From Candidatus Hydrogenedentota bacterium (GTDB lineage Bacteria; Hydrogenedentota; Hydrogenedentia; Hydrogenedentales; SLHB01), in contig CAVUWV010000014.1 in the NCBI GenBank assembly GCA_963745075.1, positions 128,001 to 192,000 on the forward strand: DNA of 64,000 nt, read 5' to 3'. Shown here one piece after another: positions 9,150 to 19,511 of this stretch. The position numbers were made by a program, and so were the translations under genes. Under the pieces are notes generated by a model. It was not told where the DNA came from. It saw only the letters and a list, made by a program, of their open reading frames with translations, and did no database searches. Numbering within the stretch: position 1 is the stretch's first letter; each line of letters opens with the position of its first letter.

Positions 9150-9956
9150 ATGGAAATGAAACCTGACGAAGAAGACGTAAGCAGGCGGGACTTCCTCGGC
9201 GACGTTCTGCGTCGCGGGGCCGGCGTCGCCATTGTGATCGTCGCCGGTGAAACCGTCCTGCTCATGCCGAAAGCGGGGGCGCAGGAATCGGATGACGCGG
9301 ATTTGGGCGCGGACCTAGGCTACGACCCGCGTAAGCACCACTACGTGTACCTCATCGATGTCACGAAGTGCATCGGGTGCGGATCGTGCGTGCGGGCCTG
9401 TGAATTGGAAAACGATGTGCCGAAACATCACTTCCGAACGTGGATTGAACGCTACGAAGTATCGCGCACCGGGCACGTCACCATCGATTCGCCGAACGGC
9501 GGCCACGATGGTTTCCCGCCGGAAATCACGGGGGACGATGTCACCAAAGCGTTTTTCGTTCCCAAAATGTGCAACCACTGCGCGAACACACCGTGCGTGC
9601 AGCTTTGCCCCGTCGGCGCGTCATTTATCAGCCCGGAAGGGGTGGTTTTGGTGGATGGGGAACGCTGTATCGGCTGCAGTTACTGCGTCCAGGCCTGCCC
9701 TTACGGCTCGCGCTTCATCCACCCGGAAACACACACGGCGTCGAAGTGCACGCTTTGCTACCACCGGATTACGCGGGGGCTGTTACCCGCCTGCGTGCAG
9801 GCGTGTCCGCGCGGTGTACGTAAGTTTGGGGATACCAAGGCGCTGCACGATGAAGTCACGGAGATTATTGCGACCCGGCAGGTTCAGATCCTCAAACCGG
9901 AGTTGCGTACGGAACCGAAATGCTACTACGTCGGCGTTGGAAAAGAGGTGCGATAA
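9150..9956 (+). CDS. Tat-exported 4x[4Fe-4S] protein (NrfC/DsrO/PsrB family)
   Basis: SRRDFL; CIGCGSCVRAC, CNHCANTPCVQLCP, CIGCSYCVQACP, CTLC..PACVQACP. Confidence 0.95.
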   Translation: MEMKPDEEDVSRRDFLGDVLRRGAGVAIVIVAGETVLLMPKAGAQESDDADLGADLGYDPRKHHYVYLIDVTKCIGCGSCVRACELENDVPKHHFRTWIERYEVSRTGHVTIDSPNGGHDGFPPEITGDDVTKAFFVPKMCNHCANTPCVQLCPVGASFISPEGVVLVDGERCIGCSYCVQACPYGSRFIHPETHTASKCTLCYHRITRGLLPACVQACPRGVRKFGDTKALHDEVTEIIATRQVQILKPELRTEPKCYYVGVGKEVR

Positions 9957-11143
9957 TGGAACCGAATGTCACGGGCTACGTCTTTCCGAACGACGTCCAC
10001 ATCATGTGGAGCCTCATGATTGTCATCTACCCCTACGTGACCGGTCTCGTGGCCGGCGCGTTTATCGTGTCGTCGCTGTATCACGTTTTTCAACGCAAGG
10101 AATTGCGTCCGGTGGCTCGCTTGGCAATGGTAGCGTCGCTCGCCTTTCTCCTCGTGGCGACGCTGCCATTGCTGGCTCACTTGGGCCACCCGGAGCGGGC
10201 CTTCAACATCATGGTGACCCCGCACTTTACCTCCGCCATGGCTGCGTTCGGCATGATTTACACCTTGTACCTGATATTGGTCCTGCTCGAAATCTGGCTC
10301 GTCTACCGCACCGAGATCATCGCGGTGGCGCGGCACAGCCGGGGATTGAAACGCTGGGTCTTTAAGACGTTGGCTCTCGGCGTTTACGACACGTCGGAAG
10401 ATGCGAGACGCGTCGACCAACGCGCGATTATCGTGCTTGCGGCACTGGGCATCCCGGCGGCGTGCATTCTCCACGGGTATGTTGGCTTCATGTTCGGATC
10501 GGTAAAAGCCAACCCATTATGGTCCACCCCCCTGATGCCGATCATTTTTCTGTTCTCCGCGGTCACATCTGGCGTGGCCATGGTCATGGTTATGTATCAG
10601 ACGCTCATGAAGTTCAGTGGTAAGAAGATCGAAGGCGAATGCATCCAGGCCTTGGCCCGCTGGTTGTGGCTGTTCGCGGTGATCACCGTGACGCTGGAAC
10701 TGCTCGAAATCACCACACTCGCGTACGAGCGCGGGGAGGAGTGGCAGGTAGTTGGCGAACTGATTACGGATAAAATCGCCTTCTCGTTCATCGGTATTCA
10801 GATGGTCTTCGGATCGTTGATTCCATTCGTTCTGCTTGCGATTGTCGTCCTGATGCGGCCCTTTCTTACAGACCCCCTGAGAAACACCATCGCCTTCATT
10901 GCCGCCGCCATCTTGTTGATCCAGGTGTTCGCGATGCGCTGGAACGTGGTTATCGGCGGCCAGATCTTCTCCAAAAGCATGGTCGGCTTTCGCGAGCTGT
11001 ACGTACCGGAATTGTTCGGAAGGGAAGGCGTTTTGATGGCAGCCGCCATCATGCTGCTTCCCTTCGTCTTCCTGGCCATATTCAACCGGTTTTTGCCGCT
11101 GTATGAAGACGGCGATAAACCGGCGCCGGACGTGTCGACATGA
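9956..11143 (+). CDS. NrfD/PsrC-family membrane quinol oxidoreductase subunit
   Basis: YPYVTGLVAG, HLGHPER, LHGYVGF, many TM helices; TAATG coupling to Fe-S gene. Confidence 0.92.
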   Translation: MEPNVTGYVFPNDVHIMWSLMIVIYPYVTGLVAGAFIVSSLYHVFQRKELRPVARLAMVASLAFLLVATLPLLAHLGHPERAFNIMVTPHFTSAMAAFGMIYTLYLILVLLEIWLVYRTEIIAVARHSRGLKRWVFKTLALGVYDTSEDARRVDQRAIIVLAALGIPAACILHGYVGFMFGSVKANPLWSTPLMPIIFLFSAVTSGVAMVMVMYQTLMKFSGKKIEGECIQALARWLWLFAVITVTLELLEITTLAYERGEEWQVVGELITDKIAFSFIGIQMVFGSLIPFVLLAIVVLMRPFLTDPLRNTIAFIAAAILLIQVFAMRWNVVIGGQIFSKSMVGFRELYVPELFGREGVLMAAAIMLLPFVFLAIFNRFLPLYEDGDKPAPDVST

Positions 11144-11221
11144 TGACTCCGAGGTGACGTCGAGGCGCCTGGGATCGGCGCGGGACAGCGGGGATCCGGG
11201 CTTTCGGTGGAGGGCTTCGTC

Positions 11222-12991
11222 ATGGGGGAGAAGCTAAACGAAGTAGTATCCGGTCTCCGGCAGCGTATTGACGAATTGACCGAGCAAGTTCGTTCGTTGA
11301 GCGCCACCGTAGAGGCGTTAGGCCTGCGCGTCCACGGCATGCCCCGGCAACAGCCCGCGGCCGCACCCGCACTGTTTGCCGAGGATCCGGACGAATCCCT
11401 CGCCGTGGCCAGTGTCCGGCGGTTTCAAGGCTCCACGTTCCTGTCTTCGACGGCCGCGGTCTGTTTTCTTCTTGTCATTGCGCTGATCCTGCGCATGGTT
11501 TCCGACATTGGCGTCATCAACTACGAATTCGGCGCGTTCTTGGGATTGGTCTACGCCTTTGCGCTCTTTGTCTTCGCCCACGTTCGATATCGTCGGGCGC
11601 GCCGCGTGGTTCCGGTGTACTCGACCTGCGCCGGTATCCTGGTCTTCGCCATCGTTCTTGAGAATCACGCGCGATTCGTCGCGATTTCCCCCCATCTTTC
11701 GTACATTATCCTCGCGATTGGTTCGCTCGTCATGGTGATGTTAGGTCTCGTCCACACCATACCGACGCTCATCGGCATGGGCACCATCGGTGTCGCCGCG
11801 ATCGCCGTCGCAGCCGGCTTCCCGGAACCGCTGTTTCCGATCGCGGCGGCCCTAATTCTCATGACCAACATCATCGTATGCGCCCGGACGCGTCTGGTCC
11901 GGTGTGGATGGATGGGCGGCGGCGTGCTTACCGTCACAATCTTTTTCTGGTTTACCTGGACCATCAAGCTGATTACGGCGTTCCGGCACGGGGAGGCGCA
12001 ATCGCCCACCGTTGCCGCGTCGTGGTTTTTGCCCGTACTGGCGGTATTTGTGGCGTGGTACCTGTTTCTCGCCGTCCGCAACGCGTTGCGATCCGGGGAT
12101 GCCATCCATGGGTTTGAAACCGCGCTGCCGATCATCACCGTTGCGTGGACGTATCCAGTCGCGCGCAGCGTGGTCGGATCGGGGGGCATCACTCGTGCGT
12201 CACTCGGGATCGTCGCGGCGCTGCTCGCTGCGGGACTCGTCATTTTTGCGCTTTCGGCGGCGAAACGGAAGGGGACGTTGACTCGTGAGTTGACGGCATT
12301 CATCGTGGGTGCGCTGTTGCTCTGCGCGGTGGCGCTGCCTCACCTGGTCGGGAGCATGTCGGCTGCTGTCCTGCTCTGGTCACTTATTGCGCTGTTCCTA
12401 GCGCGTTTGTCCTGGATGTGGCGGAGCGGGACGTTGCGAATATTTTCCTATCTGCTCCAGACGTACGCATGTGGTGTTGCGCTCAATTCCGTGGGGATTC
12501 TGACGCTCGAGTCCTGGTCCATTTGGCGTCTTGTCGTGCCCGTGGCCGTGAGTGCGGTTTGCCTTTATCACTATGCGTGGTGCCGGAGCCGTCCGCCCAA
12601 GGAACACGGCGAATTCTTCGACACCATAGACCTCGGCGACCGGACCGCGATCATGCCTTTCCTGGTTGGGGTCGTCTGCGCATTCGCAGCGCTTCGCATG
12701 GTCTGGTACGAGAGCAGTTTCCTCTTTGGAAACGGCGGCGCATTTCAGAGCGGACAATCAGTCATCATCAACGCCGCCGCCATTCTACTGGCCACCTTGG
12801 GATTGTTGCGAAAGAACGCCGAGTTTCTTGTCGTAGCAGCGGCCATCGCCATCCTGGGTGCTGGAAAGGTCTTTGTGTATGATTTTTTCCATATCCAACA
12901 TCTTCCGCTCGTGATCAGCGTATTCTCCTTCGGCGTCACGGCGGCACTTGGCGCGTTGATCTGGACGAAGTGGCAGGGCGTCGAAACCTGA
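11222..12991 (+). CDS. Polytopic membrane protein (DUF2339-like)
   Basis: N-terminal coiled coil, many hydrophobic helices, C-terminal KVFVYD. Confidence 0.75.
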   Translation: MGEKLNEVVSGLRQRIDELTEQVRSLSATVEALGLRVHGMPRQQPAAAPALFAEDPDESLAVASVRRFQGSTFLSSTAAVCFLLVIALILRMVSDIGVINYEFGAFLGLVYAFALFVFAHVRYRRARRVVPVYSTCAGILVFAIVLENHARFVAISPHLSYIILAIGSLVMVMLGLVHTIPTLIGMGTIGVAAIAVAAGFPEPLFPIAAALILMTNIIVCARTRLVRCGWMGGGVLTVTIFFWFTWTIKLITAFRHGEAQSPTVAASWFLPVLAVFVAWYLFLAVRNALRSGDAIHGFETALPIITVAWTYPVARSVVGSGGITRASLGIVAALLAAGLVIFALSAAKRKGTLTRELTAFIVGALLLCAVALPHLVGSMSAAVLLWSLIALFLARLSWMWRSGTLRIFSYLLQTYACGVALNSVGILTLESWSIWRLVVPVAVSAVCLYHYAWCRSRPPKEHGEFFDTIDLGDRTAIMPFLVGVVCAFAALRMVWYESSFLFGNGGAFQSGQSVIINAAAILLATLGLLRKNAEFLVVAAAIAILGAGKVFVYDFFHIQHLPLVISVFSFGVTAALGALIWTKWQGVET

Positions 12992-13218
12992 CCTGTCCGA
13001 TACCCCCATGACTCTCGCTACGAATTGCCTTTACCCGTTTTCCCGAACGCGGCGAAGGATCTCATTCGGCAGTATCGCGAGAAATCCCAGATTCCTCACG
13101 TGGTACTGCATGACGGGCCCAGCGAGCGCGCGATCCGTAGCGCCAAACGTGTATGATCCCTCACAATGGTGGTATTCACACCGGATCGGCGATTCGCAAT
13201 TCAACGGAGGTCATATCC

Positions 13219-16200
13219 ATGTCAGCGCGTATTGGAGGTATAGTGAGTCTCATTGCCGTGGCGACACTGTGCGCGCCGTGCTACGGCACGACGTTTTTTG
13301 TGTCGAAGTTGGGCGACAACTCCGACGGCTTGTCCTGGGCGACGGCCTACACGGAAGTCCAGGCCGCCCTCGACGCCATCCCGGACGACCAGGGAGGCCA
13401 CCGGATCATCGTCCGGCCGGACACCTATATGGAGGCGAATCTGCTCCCGGCCTTTCCCGGGGCGGAGGGCGCCTACAATGAACTCATCGGCGATTTCGAC
13501 GGCAGCCTCGGATCGGGTACCACAGGTCATGTCGTTCTCGACGCGGGCGACCCGCAAAAAGGCTTCAAGAGCTACGATTGGTGGGGCAATATCCGCGCCT
13601 ATCAGAAAGGTTGGTCTCCCGAGCACACCCAGGAAACCGTGTCCGCGATCAAATGGGACCGCTGGATTCTTCGGCGCTTGTATGCAACCGGCGGTGACGG
13701 CGGACTTTGCTTCGACTGCACCGACCACATCGAACCCTTTACCGTCGTCGTCGAGGATTGCATCAGTATCGGCCGCGCCTTCGGATGCGGGGCCATGAGC
13801 TGCTTGTCACGACCCGACGAGCCGATTACCTTTCGTCGCTGCAACATGTGGTCCCTCGACGAATGGGGTGACACGGCCGCGGGCTACGTGCGCATCGAAA
13901 ACGAATCCATGCCTGATCGTCCCGACATCGTCTTTGAAGACTGCGTAATGGTGAGCCCTCAGTGCGCGCTGAAAGGCGGCAATTACGGCTTTCACACGTA
14001 CACGCACGCGCTCGTGAAGAACTGCGTCCTGCTTGCCCTCAATTTTTCGCAACCCCAGGGTACGCCCACTGACGGTGTTGTGCAGAGCGTACAGAACGGC
14101 AAGTATTTTCGAGTGGACTTCGAGGATTCCATCGTCATGGGGTTCAAAGTGTTCGGCGTCAAGGTCGACAAGGACTCCGCCGGCGACATCGGCTACACGA
14201 CCAAAGGCTCCGCCTTGGCCTACGTGCAGTACACGCAAGAGGTCCCCGAGGGGTTCCACCGGCTGGGACGCTGGCCCGTTGACGCGTTCGCCATGATCGC
14301 CCCGCCGGCCCCGACGAAACCCGCACCCGTGCTCACCAACCGCGAACTTGTCATGCGCGACATGTGCGAAATCACGCCATTCCTCTGGAACGACCGCCTT
14401 TGTCGGATGGAATGCCATCGTCCGGCCCGCGGCGGTTCCGTGGAGGATTACTATCTGCTGCTTCGCGATTCGGAAACCGGGGATGAGTTGGCGCGCTTTG
14501 CCGAAGGGTACGGTCTGGCCTGTTGCCTCGTGCAGGACGGTGTCTTTTACGCTTTCGCGTCTCGGTTCGAAGACAACAACTGGAATGACGTGACCATGTT
14601 CTCGTCGCATGACCTCAAGACTTGGGACCAGAAGGTCGTCATCGAACAGGAGAGCGAACATCTTTTCAACAGTTCGGTCTGCGAAGGCCCCAACGGGTAT
14701 GTCATGGCCTACGAGTCAAACGATCCCACCTACCCAGCGTTCACGACCAAGTTCGCGCAATCTCCCGATCTTGCGACCTGGACCAAGCTGCCCGACGCCA
14801 CCTTTGGTACCAACCGCTACACGGCCTGCCCGTGCATCCGGTATGTGGGCGGTTATTATTACGTGCTCTATACGGAGCACCGCAATCCCGCCCACGTCTT
14901 TGAGATGTATGTTACGCGTTCAGAAGATCTGAAGTCCTGGGAACTCAGCAGCGCCAATCCCGTGCTTGCACCCCAAGGATTGGACGAAGGCATCGATGCA
15001 TCCGATCCCGATATCATCGAATACGACGGCAAGACCTACCTCTACTACGCCGTCGGCGATCAGCTCACCTGGATGAACTTCAAACGTGTCGAATTCACAG
15101 GCACGGAACAGCAATTCTTCGAACACTGGTACGAACAGCCCGGTATCCCCGACTGCGGCGACATGGCGGCGGAAACGGAACGCATGAAACAGGCTCGACT
15201 GGATGCGGAACGCGCGGCACGAACGGCGTGGTTTACGGATGCGCGCTTCGGCATGTTCGTCCACTGGGGCGCCTACGCCGTGCCCGCGCGCAACAAGACG
15301 GGCGGACTTGCTTCCTTCGTCATGAAAGACGAAGGCATCCCAGTTGCCGAGTATGAGAAGTTCGCCGATGCGTTCAATCCCATCCAGTTCGATCCGGCGC
15401 AATGGATGGGCATCGCGAAATCGGCGGGCATGCGCTATCTCATCTTCACCTCCAAGCATCACGAAGGATTTTGCATGTTCGACAGCGCCCTCACCGATTA
15501 TGACGCCGTCGATCGTGGTCCGGGACGGGACATCGCTGGGGAATTGGTCAAAGCGGCGCGCGATGCGGGGATGAAAATCGGCTTCTACTATTCCATGCTC
15601 GATTGGCATCAGCCCGATTACACAGCGAATTTTCCCAAATACGTGGACGAGTACCTCTTCGGACAAGTCCGCGAACTTTGCACGAACTACGGTCCCATCG
15701 ACTGCATCTGGTTCGACGGGGAGTGGGACCACCCCATCGAGCAATGGCGTTCTCCCGCCCTCATCGATATGATTCGCGACCTTCAACCCAATGCCCTCAT
15801 CAACGATCGAATCGGCAAAGGCGAGCGGGGCAAAACCTTTCTCGTCGACTTTTATACCCGCGAACAGCCCAGCGAGATACAGCATACGACGGAGTTTGAA
15901 CGGCGCAGCACGATCCCATGGGAAGCCTGCATGACCATCGGCAATTCATGGGGTTACAAAGAGGGCGACGCGCCCTTGAAAAGCAGTGCCGAGTTGATTC
16001 GGTACCTCGTCAACGTCGCGAGCCGCGGCGGCAATCTGCTGCTGAATGTCGGTCCCACAGCCGACGGTGTGATCCCGCCCCAGTTCGTGTCGCGCCTTCA
16101 GGAGATTGGTGTCTGGATGGATAAGAACGGCGAATCGATCTACCGCACTCAAGGTTCGCCATTCCCCGCGCTACCCGTCGGCAAGTGCACGACCAAAGGC

Positions 16201-16413
16201 AACCGCCTCTACATCCACGTCGAATCACCTCCCGCCGAGCCCATCCAACTACTGGGACTCAAAAACGCTATCATCAAAGCCTGGTATCTTGCCGATGGCA
16301 CCGAGGTCCCCTTCAACGATGAAGCCAAGACCATCGAGCTTTCCGGCGGGCTTGCCGATCCCGCTGTTACCACCATTGCCGTGGAATTGGATGGTCGCCC
16401 ACGGATCGGTTGA
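13219..16413 (+). CDS. Secreted three-domain protein: beta-helix-like + beta-propeller + GH29 alpha-L-fucosidase
   Basis: GGAGG SD, signal peptide; C-terminal WFTDARFGMFVHWG, TSKHHEGF, IWFDGEW, GGNLLLNVGP; middle domain has S.DL..W repeats. Confidence 0.88.
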   Translation: MSARIGGIVSLIAVATLCAPCYGTTFFVSKLGDNSDGLSWATAYTEVQAALDAIPDDQGGHRIIVRPDTYMEANLLPAFPGAEGAYNELIGDFDGSLGSGTTGHVVLDAGDPQKGFKSYDWWGNIRAYQKGWSPEHTQETVSAIKWDRWILRRLYATGGDGGLCFDCTDHIEPFTVVVEDCISIGRAFGCGAMSCLSRPDEPITFRRCNMWSLDEWGDTAAGYVRIENESMPDRPDIVFEDCVMVSPQCALKGGNYGFHTYTHALVKNCVLLALNFSQPQGTPTDGVVQSVQNGKYFRVDFEDSIVMGFKVFGVKVDKDSAGDIGYTTKGSALAYVQYTQEVPEGFHRLGRWPVDAFAMIAPPAPTKPAPVLTNRELVMRDMCEITPFLWNDRLCRMECHRPARGGSVEDYYLLLRDSETGDELARFAEGYGLACCLVQDGVFYAFASRFEDNNWNDVTMFSSHDLKTWDQKVVIEQESEHLFNSSVCEGPNGYVMAYESNDPTYPAFTTKFAQSPDLATWTKLPDATFGTNRYTACPCIRYVGGYYYVLYTEHRNPAHVFEMYVTRSEDLKSWELSSANPVLAPQGLDEGIDASDPDIIEYDGKTYLYYAVGDQLTWMNFKRVEFTGTEQQFFEHWYEQPGIPDCGDMAAETERMKQARLDAERAARTAWFTDARFGMFVHWGAYAVPARNKTGGLASFVMKDEGIPVAEYEKFADAFNPIQFDPAQWMGIAKSAGMRYLIFTSKHHEGFCMFDSALTDYDAVDRGPGRDIAGELVKAARDAGMKIGFYYSMLDWHQPDYTANFPKYVDEYLFGQVRELCTNYGPIDCIWFDGEWDHPIEQWRSPALIDMIRDLQPNALINDRIGKGERGKTFLVDFYTREQPSEIQHTTEFERRSTIPWEACMTIGNSWGYKEGDAPLKSSAELIRYLVNVASRGGNLLLNVGPTADGVIPPQFVSRLQEIGVWMDKNGESIYRTQGSPFPALPVGKCTTKGNRLYIHVESPPAEPIQLLGLKNAIIKAWYLADGTEVPFNDEAKTIELSGGLADPAVTTIAVELDGRPRIG

Positions 16414-16450
16414 CGGGAGGGGATTGCTGGTATATATTAAGATATATACC
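16410..16450 (+). promoter_or_regulatory. vapBC promoter with palindromic operator
   Basis: TTGACG(16410)-17 bp-TATATT(16433); GGTATATAT-TAAG-ATATATACC at 16429-16450. Confidence 0.85.
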
Positions 16451-16465
16451 GTCGGGGGATTTGCC

Positions 16466-16711
16466 ATGAACACCGCCAAGGTCTTTAGGAATGGCCGAAG
16501 CCAAGCCGTTCGACTTCCGAAGGAATTCCAATTCGACGCAGATGAGGTCTACGTGAACAAGGTGGGGGACATGGTGGTGCTCTTCCCTAAGAAGAAAGGA
16601 TGGGACATACTCGCCGAGAGTATCGGTCATTTCACCGGGGATTATATGGCCGATCGTGACCAACCTGACACGCATCAGAAGCGCAGAGCCTGTGATTCGT
16701 TACCTGCTTGA
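16466..16711 (+). CDS. vapB: VapB antitoxin (AbrB/MazE fold)
   Basis: MNTAKVFRNGRSQAVRLPKEFQF. Confidence 0.94.
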   Translation: MNTAKVFRNGRSQAVRLPKEFQFDADEVYVNKVGDMVVLFPKKKGWDILAESIGHFTGDYMADRDQPDTHQKRRACDSLPA

Positions 16712-17093
16712 CACGAACATCTGTACCGAGGTTATTCGCGGACGTGGCGAATATGTTGTTTCGCGATTGGCGGCGTGCGCGATCGGCGAGGTCGGCATTT
16801 CATCGGTGACGCTCGCCGAACTCGCTCACGGCGTAGAGAAAAGCGCCAAACCCGCTCAGAACAGAATCGCGCTGCAAGAGTTCTGTGCCCCCCTGCAAAT
16901 ATGTGCGTTTGATGACATAGCGGCCTTTGTCCACGGCCGCGTTCGGAACGATTTGGAGCAACGAGGCACGGTCATCGGTCCCATGGATTTGCTCATCGCC
17001 GCCCACGCGCTGGCATTGGAATCCACGCTGGTGACGAACAACATGCGCGAATTCAGCCGTGTTGCCGACCTTTCGGTGGACGACTGGCTTTGA
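16692..17093 (+). CDS. vapC: VapC PIN-domain toxin
   Basis: YLLDTNIC, LAEL, IGPMDLLIAAHA, LVTNNMREF; GTG start overlapping vapB. Confidence 0.95.
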   Translation: MIRYLLDTNICTEVIRGRGEYVVSRLAACAIGEVGISSVTLAELAHGVEKSAKPAQNRIALQEFCAPLQICAFDDIAAFVHGRVRNDLEQRGTVIGPMDLLIAAHALALESTLVTNNMREFSRVADLSVDDWL

Positions 17094-17208
17094 ACGGCAA
17101 GCGTCGCTACTAACGCTGCGAAGCATCTTGTCATCACGCACAATGTGAAACTTCTCATTTCCTGTTACAATACAAGCGTGTTCCGGGTGTCTGTGGGAAG
17201 TTTTGTAA

Positions 17209-17952
17209 ATGACGGATGGTCGAGTTGTCACGTCAGTAGAACGCCAATGGTGTATTGCTGCCGCTCTGAAGAGTGAATTGTCGGCAGTTCGTGCACTGCG
17301 TCTGCAGAATGTCATTCTGATCGAAACCGGTGTCGGTCTCGAAAACGCAGAGCGAACCGTCCGCAAAATCGGTGAGAACGATGCCGTCGGAGGCGTTATC
17401 CACATCGGATTCGCCGGCTCGTTGTCGCATTCACTTGCCTTGGGTGACGTGCTCGTCGCAAATGCCGTTGACGCTGAGGTGGCCGCCCCCGTAGTCCTCG
17501 AGGGAACGGAACGCGTCCGCTCGCTTCTCCCTCCCGAAGTCCGGAGTCATGTGGGGACGATCCTGACGTGCGACCGGATTCTCGCCAAGGCCGACGAAAA
17601 GCGCCGCTTTGCGGAACCACGCCCGGCCGATGAAACCGCCTGCGTCGATATGGAATCGGCCCCCATCGCCCGCATTTGCACGGAACGAAACCTCCCTTAC
17701 GTGGGGCTCCGTGCCATCACTGACACCTTTGATGAAGACCTGCCCATGGACCTGAATGAGTGCCGGGGGCGCGATGGTAACATCGACACGATGCGGGTCA
17801 TGTGGTCGGCGGTGCATCACCCCAGCGCCATCTCCGGTCTCATGGAGTTGCGCCGGCGTGCCCGGGAGTGCTCGCAGACACTCGCGCGATGCGTCAAGGC
17901 GTTCGTTGAGGCCAATCCTTCGCCGCTCCATCTCTCGAACGACGCCCCCTGA
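17209..17952 (+). CDS. hpnG: Nucleoside phosphorylase/MTA-SAH nucleosidase family, HpnG-like
   Basis: TGVG, IGFAGSL, VDMESA, LRAITD..DEDLP; hpnG assignment rests on nearby shc-hpnH. Confidence 0.7.
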   Translation: MTDGRVVTSVERQWCIAAALKSELSAVRALRLQNVILIETGVGLENAERTVRKIGENDAVGGVIHIGFAGSLSHSLALGDVLVANAVDAEVAAPVVLEGTERVRSLLPPEVRSHVGTILTCDRILAKADEKRRFAEPRPADETACVDMESAPIARICTERNLPYVGLRAITDTFDEDLPMDLNECRGRDGNIDTMRVMWSAVHHPSAISGLMELRRRARECSQTLARCVKAFVEANPSPLHLSNDAP

Positions 17953-17990
17953 TCCGCTATGCTCTGGATAGGTCATCGAGGGTTTCCACC

Positions 17991-19490
17991 GTGCAACGTC
18001 GCGTTCTTATAACTGCTGTCGCTGCGGTAGTCCTGTTCTGGATCGTAATGACGGCCCTGTTGCTGAAGCGGGAAGTCTTCATTCCGAGGCTGACGCCGGA
18101 CCGGCTCGCCGGTTCGGGATATTCCGAAATGCCTACCGACACTTGGATGGCTATCTATACTTCCGACCGCACGCAGATCGGCTACGTTAATGTGCGGACC
18201 CATCCCGAGGCACGCCAGAACGATCCGGGCACGCTGATTACCGTGCTGGGCCGCGTGCGGCTCGCCATGCTGGGGGACGCTTCCGAAATGGTCGCTCTCG
18301 GTCAGACCTGGGTGTCGCGAAAGAACGGTGTGCGCGAATTCTCCTTCGACATTCGTTCCTCGGGACACGACGTCAGCGTCAGCGGCGCCGTCGACGGGCA
18401 CACCCTTAAAGCGCGCGTCAAGACCGGGGGAGAATCCTATCCCCTCGAATTGCCGCTTCAGAACACCCTGCGCCTCTCCAGCGGCATCGGATTCAGTGCA
18501 ACGAACATGCCCGTTCTTGAACCGGGCGATGTTTTTCAGGTCGACACCTTCGATCCCTTGTCCATGTCCGTCTCTCCCGCCAAGGTGACCTGTGACGGTA
18601 TCGAGAAGATCCAGAACATGGGGAACACCGTCGAGGCGCGGGTTGTCACGTTGGACATGAACGGCATCAAGACCCGCGCCTGGATCTCCGACACCGGCGA
18701 GGTGCTTCGCGCGGAAACCCTCCTCGGCTTCATCGTCGAACGAACCCGCCAGGAAGACGCTATGGCAAATCTCGCCGGGCCGCCCCAATCCACCGACACG
18801 TTTAGCCAGTTGGCGGCCGTTCGGCCCACCGGCAAGGTGCCCCATCGGGGCGCGCGTCGCATGATCATTCGCGTATCCGGAGGAGATCCGGATCGACCCC
18901 CCCCAACGGACGACACGCAAACGGTAAACTCTGCGGGCCAAGTGGCGATCGTCTCTCCCGAACCGCCCGCCGGTCCCGACGCGAAAGCGCCGCCGAAAGC
19001 GATCGCCGACGCTTTTCTCGGCGGCGATCCCTTCGTGCAGACCAACTCTCCCCGCATCCGGGAGGCCGCCAAGCTGATTCTCGGTGACGAGACGGGGACG
19101 TGGAACCGGGCCATGCGACTCTACGAATGGGTATACGAAAACATTGAGAAAGTACCCGTGTTGAGCGTGCCCAGCGCCCTCGACGTTCTTGATAGCAAGA
19201 AGGGAGACTGCAACGAGCACACAGTTCTTTATACTGCCTTGGCTCGTGCTGCCGGAATCCCCACCCGTATCGCCATCGGCATTGTCTGGAGCGAGGAGTA
19301 CCACGCCTTCTACTACCACGCCTGGCCCGAGGTCTACGCGGGGCGGTGGTATTGGGTCGACCCCACCCTCGGCCAACCCATCGCAGATGCCACCCACGTC
19401 AAACTACTCACCGGCGGAATCGAGAACTGGTGGCAATTGGTCCCTTACTTGGGACGTATACAGGTCACTATCGACGAGTTGGAATATTGA
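17991..19490 (+). CDS. Membrane-anchored transglutaminase-like domain protein
   Basis: N-terminal TM; triad motifs GDCNEH, YHAWPE, WVDPT. Confidence 0.9.
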   Translation: MQRRVLITAVAAVVLFWIVMTALLLKREVFIPRLTPDRLAGSGYSEMPTDTWMAIYTSDRTQIGYVNVRTHPEARQNDPGTLITVLGRVRLAMLGDASEMVALGQTWVSRKNGVREFSFDIRSSGHDVSVSGAVDGHTLKARVKTGGESYPLELPLQNTLRLSSGIGFSATNMPVLEPGDVFQVDTFDPLSMSVSPAKVTCDGIEKIQNMGNTVEARVVTLDMNGIKTRAWISDTGEVLRAETLLGFIVERTRQEDAMANLAGPPQSTDTFSQLAAVRPTGKVPHRGARRMIIRVSGGDPDRPPPTDDTQTVNSAGQVAIVSPEPPAGPDAKAPPKAIADAFLGGDPFVQTNSPRIREAAKLILGDETGTWNRAMRLYEWVYENIEKVPVLSVPSALDVLDSKKGDCNEHTVLYTALARAAGIPTRIAIGIVWSEEYHAFYYHAWPEVYAGRWYWVDPTLGQPIADATHVKLLTGGIENWWQLVPYLGRIQVTIDELEY

Positions 19491-19511
19491 TTCGCTTTAC
19501 GTCTGCGCTGG

